Below, in pieces: positions 1-9,866 of a stretch of 64,000 nucleotides of DNA (within the stretch, counting starts at the first letter, position 1; each line of letters opens with the position of its first letter). The stretch comes from Candidatus Pacearchaeota archaeon (GTDB lineage Archaea > Nanobdellota > Nanobdellia > Pacearchaeales > GW2011-AR1). Position numbers and translations under genes: made by a program. The stretch covers positions 1 to 64,000 of the forward strand of contig VGKP01000002.1 in assembly GCA_016866975.1 (NCBI GenBank). The letters are read 5' to 3'. Below the pieces are notes generated by a model, which ran no database searches, was not told the DNA's origin, and was given only the letters and a program-made list of their open reading frames with translations.

Positions 1-2449
1 TTCAGGCAGTAGTGTAAGCACAAGCGGTGGAGATTCAATCAATCTCGCAAAATCAAATCAGAAACTCTACACCAACAGTACTCTAAATTCTGCTTTCTCT
101 TCGGTTACAAATACTGAGCTACCAACTTTGTTAGCCTCTGGTACTGCTGTTGATGCAGCAGGTACTTCGTATGGATATACGCAGAAAATTACCCCTGGAG
201 CAAGGCAAGTAGTCTATGGAAAGAGCGGAGAGAGTATTGACCCAGTTGCAATGATCGATGCAGGGAGCTCAGGAACAAATCCTACGCTCTCGTACACATT
301 AGCATTCAGTAAGGCTATCAACATTACGGATACAACGAATGTTGTAGGTACTGCAGCGATAAAAATATTGGGTAAGGAATATACGATCGGAGCTAATTCA
401 GATGCTACGAACTTATATCTCTATGGAAGTGGAGCTTCTCAGACTGTTGAAGAAGGCGAGACAAAGACCGTCACTATTGACAAAAAAGAGCATACAATTA
501 GTTTGAAAGGCACGAGTTCTTCTACTGCTGCTACTATCATAGTTAATGGAGTTTCAAAATCTGTTAACAAGGGAAGCAGCTATAAATTTGCAGGAGATTT
601 CGAGGTCTATATCAAAGATCTCTTCCATGCAACTAAGACCGGGACACTTTCAAACGCTGTATTGCTCGTTGGTTCCCAAACTATTCACTTTGTGAATAAT
701 AGTCAAATAAGATTAGGTTCGGGAGACGACATTCTTCTGCAAGGCACTAATGCACTAATTTCCACTACAGGTACAACTCTAACAAGTCTTACTGTAAATC
801 AGTCATTCTCTGATTCTACCAACGATTATATCAAGGTAGGAGAGAGCTTTACTGATCGAGTGTTTGGAGGAGCATTTAAACTGCAATTTGCATCATTGAG
901 TCCTTCTTTGAATGATTCAAAAGATATGATTGTTGTAGATACAGATAATTCTGTAAATGGCAGAGTCAAAATCCTTACAAAGGCTGCTTCTGATAAAGGA
1001 ATCACAGATCCCTTTACTTTCTACTATGGTAGAGATTCAGATGCAACAAGTAATAATGCTCTTCCAGGTTTCAGATTAGCTGATAGCAACAACTATACGA
1101 TTCACGTATTGGAGGGGGCAAACCTGAGCGTTAACGATTACATTCTTGTCAACTCTGGAGATAAAGGAAGAATACTTCAACTACAGAGTATTACACAAGC
1201 TTCGCCAACAACAGCGAATAACGTAAAAGTTACGTTTAAGGATGCCGTCACTAGCGAATTGTTTTCAGTCACGACAACAGATAGTAATGGTAGTACAACC
1301 AATACTATTGATTCAGAGTCGTACTCAGTCTATGTAGAAGGAGTCACAGGTAAAGGCGTCAATATTACTTGGGGATCAGGTTCTGCACCAGGTGCAGTAG
1401 GTTCACAAAGAACGCTATTTCCACGCATTAAATTGGCTAACGGAGGATGGTTTACCATCTTAAGCGCGTTTAATGTAACCAATGCAACGACATACAGCGT
1501 TCCAGGATTGGACTCACTATCTGACTATCAGTCAGGAGTGCAGTTCCTAACAAATGGAGGTGCTGCGTCGAATGTATCAACTGGAAAAGTCACCTATGAG
1601 ATAGCAAACCTATCTTTCGGTCAAACTTTAACGAGCGTTCTTGTTGGAACTACACGTTGCAGTTTCAACAACTTTAACGTTACGTATCCGACAGGAGGCA
1701 ATAACGTTACGTATCCTTCTGCAGCAATAAGTGGTCCTGCAATTCTTTATCAGGAACAAAAGACTGCAACAGGATCTGCGGCGACTAATGGAGAGGTTAT
1801 ATGTATTCCATTGCAAACAGAGGATACTTCCCCTGTTAAACCAGCTGCAGGAACACCTGTCTTTAGCGATCAAACGTCGCTATCGAACCTAGTGAGTACC
1901 AATACAAAGTCCCAGAGTCTAACCACCTTCGGCACTCTTGTTGAACACGACACTGCAAGCAGTAATGTTGCAAAACTATGGTTGTCAAATTCACAGATGG
2001 AAGCAAACATCCTCATCACATCCCCCACGACTACAGTTATTGGAGGAAGTAGTGGATCAGGAGGAGCTGCCACTGTGACAAGCGTATTCACAGTTACAGA
2101 TGCTGAAGTCACTAGCGTCTCAAGTAAGAATCTTGTTGTTGTAGGCGGAAGCTGTATCAACACCGTCGCAGCCAAATTGTTAGGAAGCACAACGCCACTT
2201 TGTGGTGCTGACTTCATGACTAAGACTGGCGCAGATGCTGGATCGTATGTCTTGCAGACATTTGAAAGCCCATATACGGCTGGAAAGGTCGCTACATTAG
2301 TAGCTGGCTATAATGCTGCTGACACGACGAACGGCGTCAAGTTCCTCACAACCCAGACAAACATTGATGTTTCCGTGGGTAAGAAGTACTTGAATGGTGT
2401 TGTTGCAGATACAACTGCAGCTTTGAAGACTAACGAGACTAAGAAGTAA
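1..2449 (+). CDS. S-layer protein (5' truncated by window edge)
   Basis: Frame is open from position 2 (SGSSVSTSGGDSINL...). Thr/Ser/Gly-rich with many N-x-S/T sequons; C-terminal archaeal S-layer motif KNLVVVGGSCINTVAAKLLG. Confidence 0.85.
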   Translation, partial: SGSSVSTSGGDSINLAKSNQKLYTNSTLNSAFSSVTNTELPTLLASGTAVDAAGTSYGYTQKITPGARQVVYGKSGESIDPVAMIDAGSSGTNPTLSYTLAFSKAINITDTTNVVGTAAIKILGKEYTIGANSDATNLYLYGSGASQTVEEGETKTVTIDKKEHTISLKGTSSSTAATIIVNGVSKSVNKGSSYKFAGDFEVYIKDLFHATKTGTLSNAVLLVGSQTIHFVNNSQIRLGSGDDILLQGTNALISTTGTTLTSLTVNQSFSDSTNDYIKVGESFTDRVFGGAFKLQFASLSPSLNDSKDMIVVDTDNSVNGRVKILTKAASDKGITDPFTFYYGRDSDATSNNALPGFRLADSNNYTIHVLEGANLSVNDYILVNSGDKGRILQLQSITQASPTTANNVKVTFKDAVTSELFSVTTTDSNGSTTNTIDSESYSVYVEGVTGKGVNITWGSGSAPGAVGSQRTLFPRIKLANGGWFTILSAFNVTNATTYSVPGLDSLSDYQSGVQFLTNGGAASNVSTGKVTYEIANLSFGQTLTSVLVGTTRCSFNNFNVTYPTGGNNVTYPSAAISGPAILYQEQKTATGSAATNGEVICIPLQTEDTSPVKPAAGTPVFSDQTSLSNLVSTNTKSQSLTTFGTLVEHDTASSNVAKLWLSNSQMEANILITSPTTTVIGGSSGSGGAATVTSVFTVTDAEVTSVSSKNLVVVGGSCINTVAAKLLGSTTPLCGADFMTKTGADAGSYVLQTFESPYTAGKVATLVAGYNAADTTNGVKFLTTQTNIDVSVGKKYLNGVVADTTAALKTNETKK

Positions 2450-2456
2450 GCTAACA

Positions 2457-2492
2457 CAATTTTATTTTTCTTTTTTTTACTTTTTTTCTTGA
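2457..2492 (+). terminator. U-rich archaeal terminator after S-layer gene
   Basis: Long oligo-T tracts (tttttatttttcttttttttactttttttctt) directly after the stop codon. Confidence 0.6.
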
Positions 2493-2625
2493 GGGTTAAT
2501 ACCCTCACGATTTTTTTATATTCTATAGAACTAAATGAATTTAGGTCAAAGTTACAGGATGAAAACTGTTTTTCCCAGTGTCAAAAGGATAATAAACTAC
2601 AGTCTCTATAGCTAAGATAACTACT

Positions 2626-2835
2626 ATGGAAATAACAACTATTCAGTTAAGTAAGGAACTGAAAGAAAAGATTGATTCATTTTGAACTAAATGTAAAGCT
2701 ATTTTATACACTGGCTATTAAAGAACAATTGCGGAAGTTTTTAATGTCTGAAGAAGGATTCTTTCCTATCAAAGATGCAATTCAAGAGGCAGAGAATAGA
2801 TGGCCAAAGTCGAAATAGACCATAATCTAAAATAA
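2626..2835 (+). pseudogene. Degenerate antitoxin-like gene plus start of a downstream (RelE-like?) toxin gene
   Basis: MEITTIQLSKELKEKIDSF* (2626), a second piece LAIKEQLRKFLMSEEGFFPIKDAIQEAENRWPKSK* ending 2818, and an overlapping ATG at 2800 giving only MAKVEIDHNLK*. Confidence 0.5.
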
Positions 2836-2930
2836 AATTAGGGAAATTCTTCTTAAGTTTGGTTTTACAGGTTTCAAAAATAACAAGTAGTTTTCGAAAA
2901 CTCTTTAAACCTTCTTTTATTATTTCACAT

Positions 2931-3473
2931 ATGCAAAAGATAGAGACGCAGGCAGTGAAAGAAGCACGGGAAAAAAGAAAAGTTAAGTACATAAGTTATT
3001 TTTTGCTTGCTATAATGGTAGTCAGCACGGCAGGCTACGCGCTTCTTTCATATACTTCTACAGCTCCTCCTTCTAACTCCACCACAGATGATCCGCTGGC
3101 TTTTGGAAAATATCCTTTGTCAGTTTCAGGCCAGAAAGTCTACCTTTCCTTTCCTAGAGAGGATGTTCAGAATATATCCTTTGAAGGAAACGTCACATTA
3201 AAGGATTATTTTGGAAACACATTATATATATCATCTTATTCTACTGCATTGCAATACGAGATCTCTGACACTTTGGGGAAGTTTGTCTCAAGAGTGCAAG
3301 AGGCTTGTTACGGTAACTGCACTAAGAATCTTCCAGAGAAGAATTGCACGGACAATCTGATTGTGATAGAAGAATCGGAGGAACGATCAATTAATCAGGA
3401 GAACAGATGTATTTTCATCAAAGGCGACCTTAAGAGTATAGATGCTTTCATATACAAAGTTATGTCAAATTAA
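2931..3473 (+). CDS. Membrane-anchored hypothetical protein (Cys-containing extracellular domain)
   Basis: Probable start ATG 2931 (MQKIETQ); one N-terminal TM helix; ends FIKGDLKSIDAFIYKVM. Confidence 0.6.
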   Translation: MQKIETQAVKEAREKRKVKYISYFLLAIMVVSTAGYALLSYTSTAPPSNSTTDDPLAFGKYPLSVSGQKVYLSFPREDVQNISFEGNVTLKDYFGNTLYISSYSTALQYEISDTLGKFVSRVQEACYGNCTKNLPEKNCTDNLIVIEESEERSINQENRCIFIKGDLKSIDAFIYKVMSN

Positions 3474-3517
3474 TAGAAGGAGAATCCATTTTTTGATGCC
3501 GAAAGCTTTAAAATACC

Positions 3518-4237
3518 TTGATGTGTCCTCGGATTATGGCTAAAAAGAAAGTACAAAATGATATTCCAGATGCCGCAGGCACAGAGGCATTATCAGGGCT
3601 TAAACTAAAAGTCAGGAAGAAGGAATTGACTTGGATAATAGGAGTAATGTTCTTCCTTCTTGTAGTAATACTGTTGACATCATATCTGACAAAAAGCTCA
3701 AATTCTTTTACATACCAGACTCTAAGATTTGACAAGCAACTTTACGGGACAGTACCGGTTTATGTATATGGCTATACGTTCAAGGATATAACTGGTGCCG
3801 CTGTTCAGGAATATCGCTATCAGCTTCTGTTGAGATTAGATCCAAGGAAAAATGATGTCCCTGTAGAAGGAGAGATAGTACTTAATCAGTACGGTAGAGA
3901 TATTATGATTTCAGTTAACACTACTGGTTTTGAGTCCTGTCAGACTACTTCTAGAGACTTTGCATCATTGTCAGGATTTCTCACAGGAAATCTCTTTAAT
4001 GTCCAGGGAGGAGTCCCAGACAAGAATGTAGCGAATGAACTTAATTTCACGCATATAACCTGTAGCCTTTATCCTGATAAGACTGTATTGGAAGTGCAGT
4101 CTTCAGGCAAGACAAGTATAAGGAAGATAAGCAATACTTGTTATCATATTAATATAGCTAATTGTGAGACTCTTAATGCTGTAGAGAAGTTTGAGGTCCA
4201 GTCTCTTATAGATGCTAAGAAGAGAAAATCTTCTTAA
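3518..4237 (+). CDS. Membrane-anchored hypothetical protein
   Basis: 239 aa ORF, one TM helix (WIIGVMFFLLVVILL), Cys-containing soluble domain; co-oriented with the previous gene. Confidence 0.6.
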   Translation: MMCPRIMAKKKVQNDIPDAAGTEALSGLKLKVRKKELTWIIGVMFFLLVVILLTSYLTKSSNSFTYQTLRFDKQLYGTVPVYVYGYTFKDITGAAVQEYRYQLLLRLDPRKNDVPVEGEIVLNQYGRDIMISVNTTGFESCQTTSRDFASLSGFLTGNLFNVQGGVPDKNVANELNFTHITCSLYPDKTVLEVQSSGKTSIRKISNTCYHINIANCETLNAVEKFEVQSLIDAKKRKSS

Positions 4238-4857
4238 CGCTTCAATCTTAGCCTTATGAAGTATGCAAGGATGAATATTCCGACGATAAGGACTGTCCAT
4301 AGGGTTATTGCTCCAAGGTTTTGGTTTACCGCATCAGCATTATTCCCATATGCGATTCCTAAATATATCAGTACTAAGTTCCATATTCCTGCGCCCAATA
4401 TAGTATAAAATGTGAATTTTCCAACATTCATTCTTGCAAATCCTGCAGGGAGAGAAATAAGATGTCTTATGACTGGCAGCAACCTTCCTACAAATATAGT
4501 TATCTCGCCATGTGAAGAGAAGAATTTTTCTGTTCTCTCAAGAGAGCTTTCAGAAATGAAAATCACCTTTCCATATTTACTTATTAGATGATGAAAGACT
4601 CGCCTGCCGAGAAACAAAGCTATATAATAGCTTGCCAGAGAACCTACAATGCTGCCCAGAGTTGAGAATATAAATAACAATAATATAGATTGCTCACCTC
4701 TAGTGACCAGTACTCCGGCAGGTATAAGAACAGCTTCGCTAGGCACAGGTATTATTGAACTCTCAAACGCCATGAGAATAAATATCCCAAAATATCCTAA
4801 CGCTCCAATTGTCTGTATCAAAAACTCTATGCTTGCGTGGAGAAAATCGATGAACAT
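4234..4857 (-). CDS. DedA family membrane protein
   Basis: ESSIIPVPSE, G-x3-G-x3-Y-x2-G and FVGRLLPVIRHLISLPAG DedA motifs. Confidence 0.92.
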   Translation of the reverse strand: MFIDFLHASIEFLIQTIGALGYFGIFILMAFESSIIPVPSEAVLIPAGVLVTRGEQSILLLFIFSTLGSIVGSLASYYIALFLGRRVFHHLISKYGKVIFISESSLERTEKFFSSHGEITIFVGRLLPVIRHLISLPAGFARMNVGKFTFYTILGAGIWNLVLIYLGIAYGNNADAVNQNLGAITLWTVLIVGIFILAYFIRLRLKR

Positions 4858-4888
4858 ATAATAATTTCGCTAAGTGGCTTTAAAACTT

Positions 4889-5437
4889 TTACTGCTTTCT
4901 GTTTTTTATGGCGTTCCACAAATCAGAGAAATCATCAACGATAGGCAAACCCCCTATCTTAAATAGATATACATTGTAGAACCATATGCCCACAACAAAT
5001 AAAATGCTCACAATATACCAGGTTATAATATGCAGGCTGTCAGTAAATGGTACTGTAGAGGAATACAAGAAAACAAAGACTAGCAGTCTTATTAAGTTAA
5101 GGACATAAAATGTTGTCAGTATGAATAATATGCTTTTTAACCTCTGCGTAAATGTCATTTTGGTTGTCAAGTTCAATATTAGTAATAGATAGTAGGCAGA
5201 GCCTGCCACACACGCTGGAACAAGAGAGAAAGTAAGTCCAGATGTTTCTATTGTAGAAGTCAATGGCAATATCATTGCTTTAGTGAATATGCTTATTATC
5301 CAGAATAAAGGATAAAGAGTAAGAGGAGTGAATATTTCATAGAGCAGCCAATGTTGCGTCAATGAGATTATAAGAAGAATATCATATCTTATAACCAGAT
5401 CCCTTATATCATTTAAGTCCATTAAAACATGAGCCAA
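4889..5437 (-). CDS. Archaeosortase/exosortase family protein (pacearchaeosortase-like)
   Basis: Multi-TM protein with Cys in LVPACVAGSAY, Arg in LNLIRL and His in SLHIITW: the C-R-H triad of the family. Confidence 0.8.
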   Translation of the reverse strand: MAHVLMDLNDIRDLVIRYDILLIISLTQHWLLYEIFTPLTLYPLFWIISIFTKAMILPLTSTIETSGLTFSLVPACVAGSAYYLLLILNLTTKMTFTQRLKSILFILTTFYVLNLIRLLVFVFLYSSTVPFTDSLHIITWYIVSILFVVGIWFYNVYLFKIGGLPIVDDFSDLWNAIKNRKQ

Positions 5438-5476
5438 GGCAGGTTTAATAAATTGACGGTAATCAAAAAATAAGCT

Positions 5477-7489
5477 TTATCTTCTTGATATTCTGATGGC
5501 TACCAAGATTATCAATATCAATAGGACTACGTTCATTATCCCTACGATCCAAAGGAGTGTATTCCCTCCAAGGTTTATTCCTGTTGACTTTGATTCAGGG
5601 AATGTCACGCTATATGTCTTTGAGTCTGTCCTGTCAGATATTGCTTCGACAACAAGCTTCTGCTCTCCCTTGACATCAGCATTTGGAGTCAATGTAAAGC
5701 TAACATCTCTGCTCTGTCCTGGAGCCAATGTGACTGTTCTTGAGCTAGCATCAGTCAATTTTGCCCAAGAATCTATTCCGCTTACTCCAAGTGCATATGT
5801 GTTCGTATTATTTCCAACATTCTTTATTGTTGCCTTTATTACAACATTCTTTCCTACAGCCACTTCAGAGTCTACTGCTGCGACAATCTCTGCCTTTGCA
5901 GTTGGCGTTCCAGCACCGTTTACAGTTGTTGGATTGCAACCAAAGACCTTCAATGCAACATCAGTAGATTCATCAGATGAAACATCATATTCATTCTGAT
6001 CATCATCATAGTCATAGTCAGCGGTAAGTTCCAAATTATATTTCTTGTCAGCAGCCGTCTTTGGTACTATAAATGAAAACGAAATGCCTTTCTGCTTGTC
6101 TCCAACATCAAGATCTTTCTTTATCTCAAAGCTCTTGTCAAGACCAAGCTCTTTGTTGAATAGATTGACTTTTACTTGATCCTGTCTCTTTGTTCCGATA
6201 TTGAAGACATCAGTTGTCAAAGCGACTGTATCGCCGCATGTTGCTTCAGCAGGATTTATCTTTATGTTGTCAAATATTACGAATCTGCCTTCATCCTTCT
6301 CATTCTCTATCTTTATTGGCTTGTAGAAGAATGTTGATCCAAAGTCTCCTGCAGTATCTACGCAAACCTTGCTCTCTCCTTCATTGTCGCTGTAAGCCTT
6401 TACTGCGAGTTTATAGTTGCCTTTGCTCATGTCAGCAGGCACTCTGAACTCAAATTTAGCTATCTCTTCGTCATCATCATCGATATCTCCAAGGTCAACC
6501 TCTTCATCTGCCTTTCCTACGAATATAAGATCATCAACAACATTGACTCCAGCCTCATTGAAAAATCCAAGTTCAACTACCACATCATCTACTGAGTCAA
6601 CTGTATTGGCTTTTACTTCAACTTCCAATGTTATTCTGTCGGCTGGCTTCCAGGTATCATCATCTTCATTATATTCAGTAATATCTACATTCTTTAATGT
6701 TAAATTGCTACTTACTTGCCCTACTGAACAGAAAGTCTTTCTTATATTATAACCTATATTTGCTGTTGCTCCTTCAGCAGATGTAGCTGTGATTGTTCCA
6801 ACATTTTCTCCAAACTTAAACTTTGCCATGTCAGTTGTGACATCTATCTGTGCTGAAATTGTTTTTTCAGCAAGTGAAGCAAAATTAGCAGGCGTGACTG
6901 TCAATGGCAGGCCTCCTGTCACATTAAGTATAATATTTGTAAGAGGAACATTTCCAGTATTATTAAGTACTATCTTGGTTGACATAATAGATTTACTTAG
7001 TGCAGGGGTAGACTGTGAAATTGTGAGTGAAGGTGCTGAATTAACAGTAAATCTCAGAGGTAGGTTTGGGATTGTAGCTGAAGATCCTGAAGTTCCATAT
7101 GTGCCTCTAAATGATATTGAACCTGTCATTGTTGCAGGTACGGCAGAAGGATTGGTTGTGAATACTAGTGTAACTACTGGACTAGAAAGCCCTGAAGTAA
7201 TCTTTCCAGGTAAATCTACTTGGTTGTTTGCGATTTGGATATTATTATTCCCAGATTTTGCTGATGTCCATAAACCCTGTTGTAATGCTGGTAGAGTTAT
7301 CCTGACATCTTCAAGATCTTGATTGAATGTATTCTTTATTACCAAAGATACAGTATAGGTAGCTCCTGGGGCGCCATTAGTGACATTTCCAGCTACTTGG
7401 TCAGCATAAACATTGGCAGCACTAGCGCTTGCAAATCCTAACATAAGGATAAGAGATACAAGTGCCAAAAAAATTGTGTTTTTTTTCAT
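5477..7489 (-). CDS. Putative S-layer/surface protein with signal peptide, CARDB/Ig-like repeats and C-terminal TM anchor
   Basis: Signal peptide MKKNTIFLALVSLILMLGFASASA; beta-rich repeats; C-terminus GGNTLLWIVGIMNVVLLILIILVAIRISRR. Confidence 0.75.
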   Translation of the reverse strand: MKKNTIFLALVSLILMLGFASASAANVYADQVAGNVTNGAPGATYTVSLVIKNTFNQDLEDVRITLPALQQGLWTSAKSGNNNIQIANNQVDLPGKITSGLSSPVVTLVFTTNPSAVPATMTGSISFRGTYGTSGSSATIPNLPLRFTVNSAPSLTISQSTPALSKSIMSTKIVLNNTGNVPLTNIILNVTGGLPLTVTPANFASLAEKTISAQIDVTTDMAKFKFGENVGTITATSAEGATANIGYNIRKTFCSVGQVSSNLTLKNVDITEYNEDDDTWKPADRITLEVEVKANTVDSVDDVVVELGFFNEAGVNVVDDLIFVGKADEEVDLGDIDDDDEEIAKFEFRVPADMSKGNYKLAVKAYSDNEGESKVCVDTAGDFGSTFFYKPIKIENEKDEGRFVIFDNIKINPAEATCGDTVALTTDVFNIGTKRQDQVKVNLFNKELGLDKSFEIKKDLDVGDKQKGISFSFIVPKTAADKKYNLELTADYDYDDDQNEYDVSSDESTDVALKVFGCNPTTVNGAGTPTAKAEIVAAVDSEVAVGKNVVIKATIKNVGNNTNTYALGVSGIDSWAKLTDASSRTVTLAPGQSRDVSFTLTPNADVKGEQKLVVEAISDRTDSKTYSVTFPESKSTGINLGGNTLLWIVGIMNVVLLILIILVAIRISRR

Positions 7490-7661
7490 GGTATCAATTT
7501 GTGTTGTAACTCCGCAATTACACTGACTTATAAACTTTTCGGTGATACAGTATCTATTACGATTGTTTTGATTTTCATTGTTTTCTGAGTCTCTTCCGTC
7601 GGGATTTTATTCCATCAAAGCATTTAAATAAATGTATGTCTTATAAAACATAGGTGATATA

Positions 7662-8045
7662 ATGGTGATAAAATCACGTGAGAATATAATAGGTGCACGG
7701 GCATTCTTGGCAGGAGTCATAATCGCGGCAGCAATAGGCCTTCTTTTTGGCAGTGGTCTTTTTGGGAACAGTATAGATCCTCTTCTTACATATATATTGG
7801 CTATCTTGGGAATAACTGTAGGCATATTCGTTGCAGAAAAAGACGTACAGACATTTCTTCTGGCATCAGTCTCTTTAGTCTTGGTTTGTTATGTTGGTGT
7901 AGAAGGTAATAACCTGATTGCAAATATTCGCGGATTACCTCTAAATAATATCTTTACCTCCATTCTGAACTCTCTCCTTACTCTATTTATTCCAGCTACG
8001 ATAATAGTAGCAATAAAAACAGTATTCTCAATATCTAAGAGTTGA
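7662..8045 (+). CDS. Small integral membrane protein (about 4 TM)
   Basis: 127 aa hydrophobic ORF with GGTGA RBS upstream. Confidence 0.65.
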   Translation: MVIKSRENIIGARAFLAGVIIAAAIGLLFGSGLFGNSIDPLLTYILAILGITVGIFVAEKDVQTFLLASVSLVLVCYVGVEGNNLIANIRGLPLNNIFTSILNSLLTLFIPATIIVAIKTVFSISKS

Positions 8046-8047
8046 TA

Positions 8048-8073
8048 CGTCAATAATCTGTGATTCTTGAACG
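8048..8073 (+). repeat. Bulged-hairpin unit (degenerate copy)
   Basis: cg|tcaataat-ctgtg-attcttga|a|cg; same architecture as the units at 40396-40524 and 56477-56646. Confidence 0.55.
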
Positions 8074-8104
8074 TGCTTAAGAACCTCGAAACACACTTAG
8101 AACT

Positions 8105-8758
8105 TCAGTCAGGGTTCTTAACATGGCCTTCAAAGCAAGCTATTGCAGCAAGGGTGAAACCATCAATTATCTCTCCCCTCTTTATCATTTTCTTTACTTC
8201 TTCAAGTAAAATGAAATTACACGATAATATCTTCTCTGTGGCATCAGGAGAGACTTCGTTCTTTATTCTTGGATCGACCTCTGCAGCAAATATAGGTATC
8301 CCTGGAGTGACATAAAAAGCAGTATTTGGGTTATACTTTCCTATCTGGAATATCTTTCTAGTCAACATCTTGGTCTCTTCTCCTAATTCCTTTATTGCTG
8401 TGGCCTCTGGGCTGCAATCAGATACGCTCTCAAACCCCCTAGGTATCTCCAGCGATATAAAACATCCCGGTTTCCCGGTAGTTTCGTCATGGACAATTGG
8501 CCTTATCTTTGATAATATCCCTATAAATAGGCTTTCTCCAGATTTATAATATGGGATTATGGCTGCTCCAGACACCAAAGGATATTTTCCATCATTTCTT
8601 TTTACACCTTCCCATATCATATACTGATCATACATAGGTATCCCATCATTATCACATACTACAACATGCTCTATCTTGCCATGGGATGGACATTCCAGGT
8701 CTAATCCATCCCATTTTTTATAAAAATCCTCAACCTCTTTTACAGATCTTATGATCAT
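8105..8758 (-). CDS. NUDIX hydrolase
   Basis: Nudix-box-like EIPRGFESVSDCSPEATAIKELGEETKM; ends with GFTLAAI as in ADP-ribose pyrophosphatases. Confidence 0.85.
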   Translation of the reverse strand: MIIRSVKEVEDFYKKWDGLDLECPSHGKIEHVVVCDNDGIPMYDQYMIWEGVKRNDGKYPLVSGAAIIPYYKSGESLFIGILSKIRPIVHDETTGKPGCFISLEIPRGFESVSDCSPEATAIKELGEETKMLTRKIFQIGKYNPNTAFYVTPGIPIFAAEVDPRIKNEVSPDATEKILSCNFILLEEVKKMIKRGEIIDGFTLAAIACFEGHVKNPD

Positions 8759-8886
8759 TCGACATTGTATAAAGTATGTGGCTTATAAATATTGTCGCAA
8801 TCTTAAACATCAATTATTAAGATTCACAAAATTCTTTAGTGTGCACAAAGACTATAATACGTCAGCTAATTTTTTTTGAAATCTAC

Positions 8887-9261
8887 TTAATTGATAAAAT
8901 CAGACTTTTCTTTCTTAGGGGCAGGAGTCTTATGGATTTGTGCGAACTTTGGGGTCGCAATTATTACATTCTCTCCAAAGCCTGCGATTGATCCTTCAAT
9001 GGCATCCACTGTCTTTTTTATCTTGGCTATTGCTCTCTTAAGTTCCACAACATCTTTTGATTTCAATGTTTTGATATCAATTACTGCAATGGTATATCCA
9101 TCACGAAGTGCGTTCAACACATCAGTAATATCATCAAACTGTCTCATGACAAATGGCTTAACTATCACCTTGTTTTCAGATTGCTCGGAAGAATTAAGGT
9201 CAATCTCAACATATTCGTCGGATTCATCCTTGCCAAAAATCTTTTTGAAATTAAATGCCAT
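8887..9261 (-). CDS. sepF: Cell division protein SepF (archaeal type)
   Basis: DEYVEID N-terminus; LRDGYTIAVIDI...ELKRAIAKIKKTVDAIEGSIAG...IIATP core. Confidence 0.85.
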   Translation of the reverse strand: MAFNFKKIFGKDESDEYVEIDLNSSEQSENKVIVKPFVMRQFDDITDVLNALRDGYTIAVIDIKTLKSKDVVELKRAIAKIKKTVDAIEGSIAGFGENVIIATPKFAQIHKTPAPKKEKSDFIN

Positions 9262-9321
9262 AACTAAATATCATGAACCGAGTTTATAAATATTGCTGTG
9301 ATGAAAATAGTTTAACACTCT

Positions 9322-9678
9322 TTACTTCTTTTGTGCGACAGAATTGTTGATTTCGTTTCTAAGTTTTTGCATCTTCTCTCCGACGAGATTCTCTTGCTTG
9401 TCCAGCGATTTTAACCTAAGCTCAAGAACTTTTTTTCTTTCTTCAAGGTCCGACCCAACAGTTTTCTTGTCGGCAAGAAGCATTACTCCTGAAAGGACCT
9501 TATAAATGTCCCCAGTTGATTTTTTAACCTCATCCAATGCCTGAGAAACTTCATTTAACTCAATCTGTTGAGTTTGCTTATCCATCAATAGCTGTTGAAT
9601 GTTATGCTCAAGCAATTGTAGATCTTGTATTTTCAGATTTAAGTCGTGTTCACCACGATCCGATTTATTAGAATTCAT
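9322..9678 (-). CDS. pfdB: Prefoldin beta subunit
   Basis: Start corrected to ATG 9678, overlapping the rpoP stop (ATGA); coiled coil with IYKVLSGVML hairpin and LELRLKSLDKQE. Confidence 0.85.
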   Translation of the reverse strand: MNSNKSDRGEHDLNLKIQDLQLLEHNIQQLLMDKQTQQIELNEVSQALDEVKKSTGDIYKVLSGVMLLADKKTVGSDLEERKKVLELRLKSLDKQENLVGEKMQKLRNEINNSVAQKK

Positions 9679-9812
9679 TCTGCTTTTATTTTTACAATTT
9701 GCATGCGAGGCTTGTAAAATATCTTCGATCCACAATGAGGGCATACAAACCTCTTCTCCAACATCTTGCTGCTTATTGGTTTGCTGCACTTAAAGCATTT
9801 GTATTGTGCCAT
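9675..9812 (-). CDS. rpoP: RNA polymerase subunit P (Rpo12); missed by the ORF track
   Basis: Manual translation MAQYKCFKCSKPISSKMLEKRFVCPHCGSKIFYKPRMQIVKIKAE: two CxxC and the IFYKPR motif; typical position between rpl37ae and pfdB. Confidence 0.92.
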   Translation of the reverse strand: MAQYKCFKCSKPISSKMLEKRFVCPHCGSKIFYKPRMQIVKIKAE

Positions 9813-9866
9813 GACTAGTCATATTTTAGATGATTTTTAAATCTATGCCTGATATATATCGAATGC

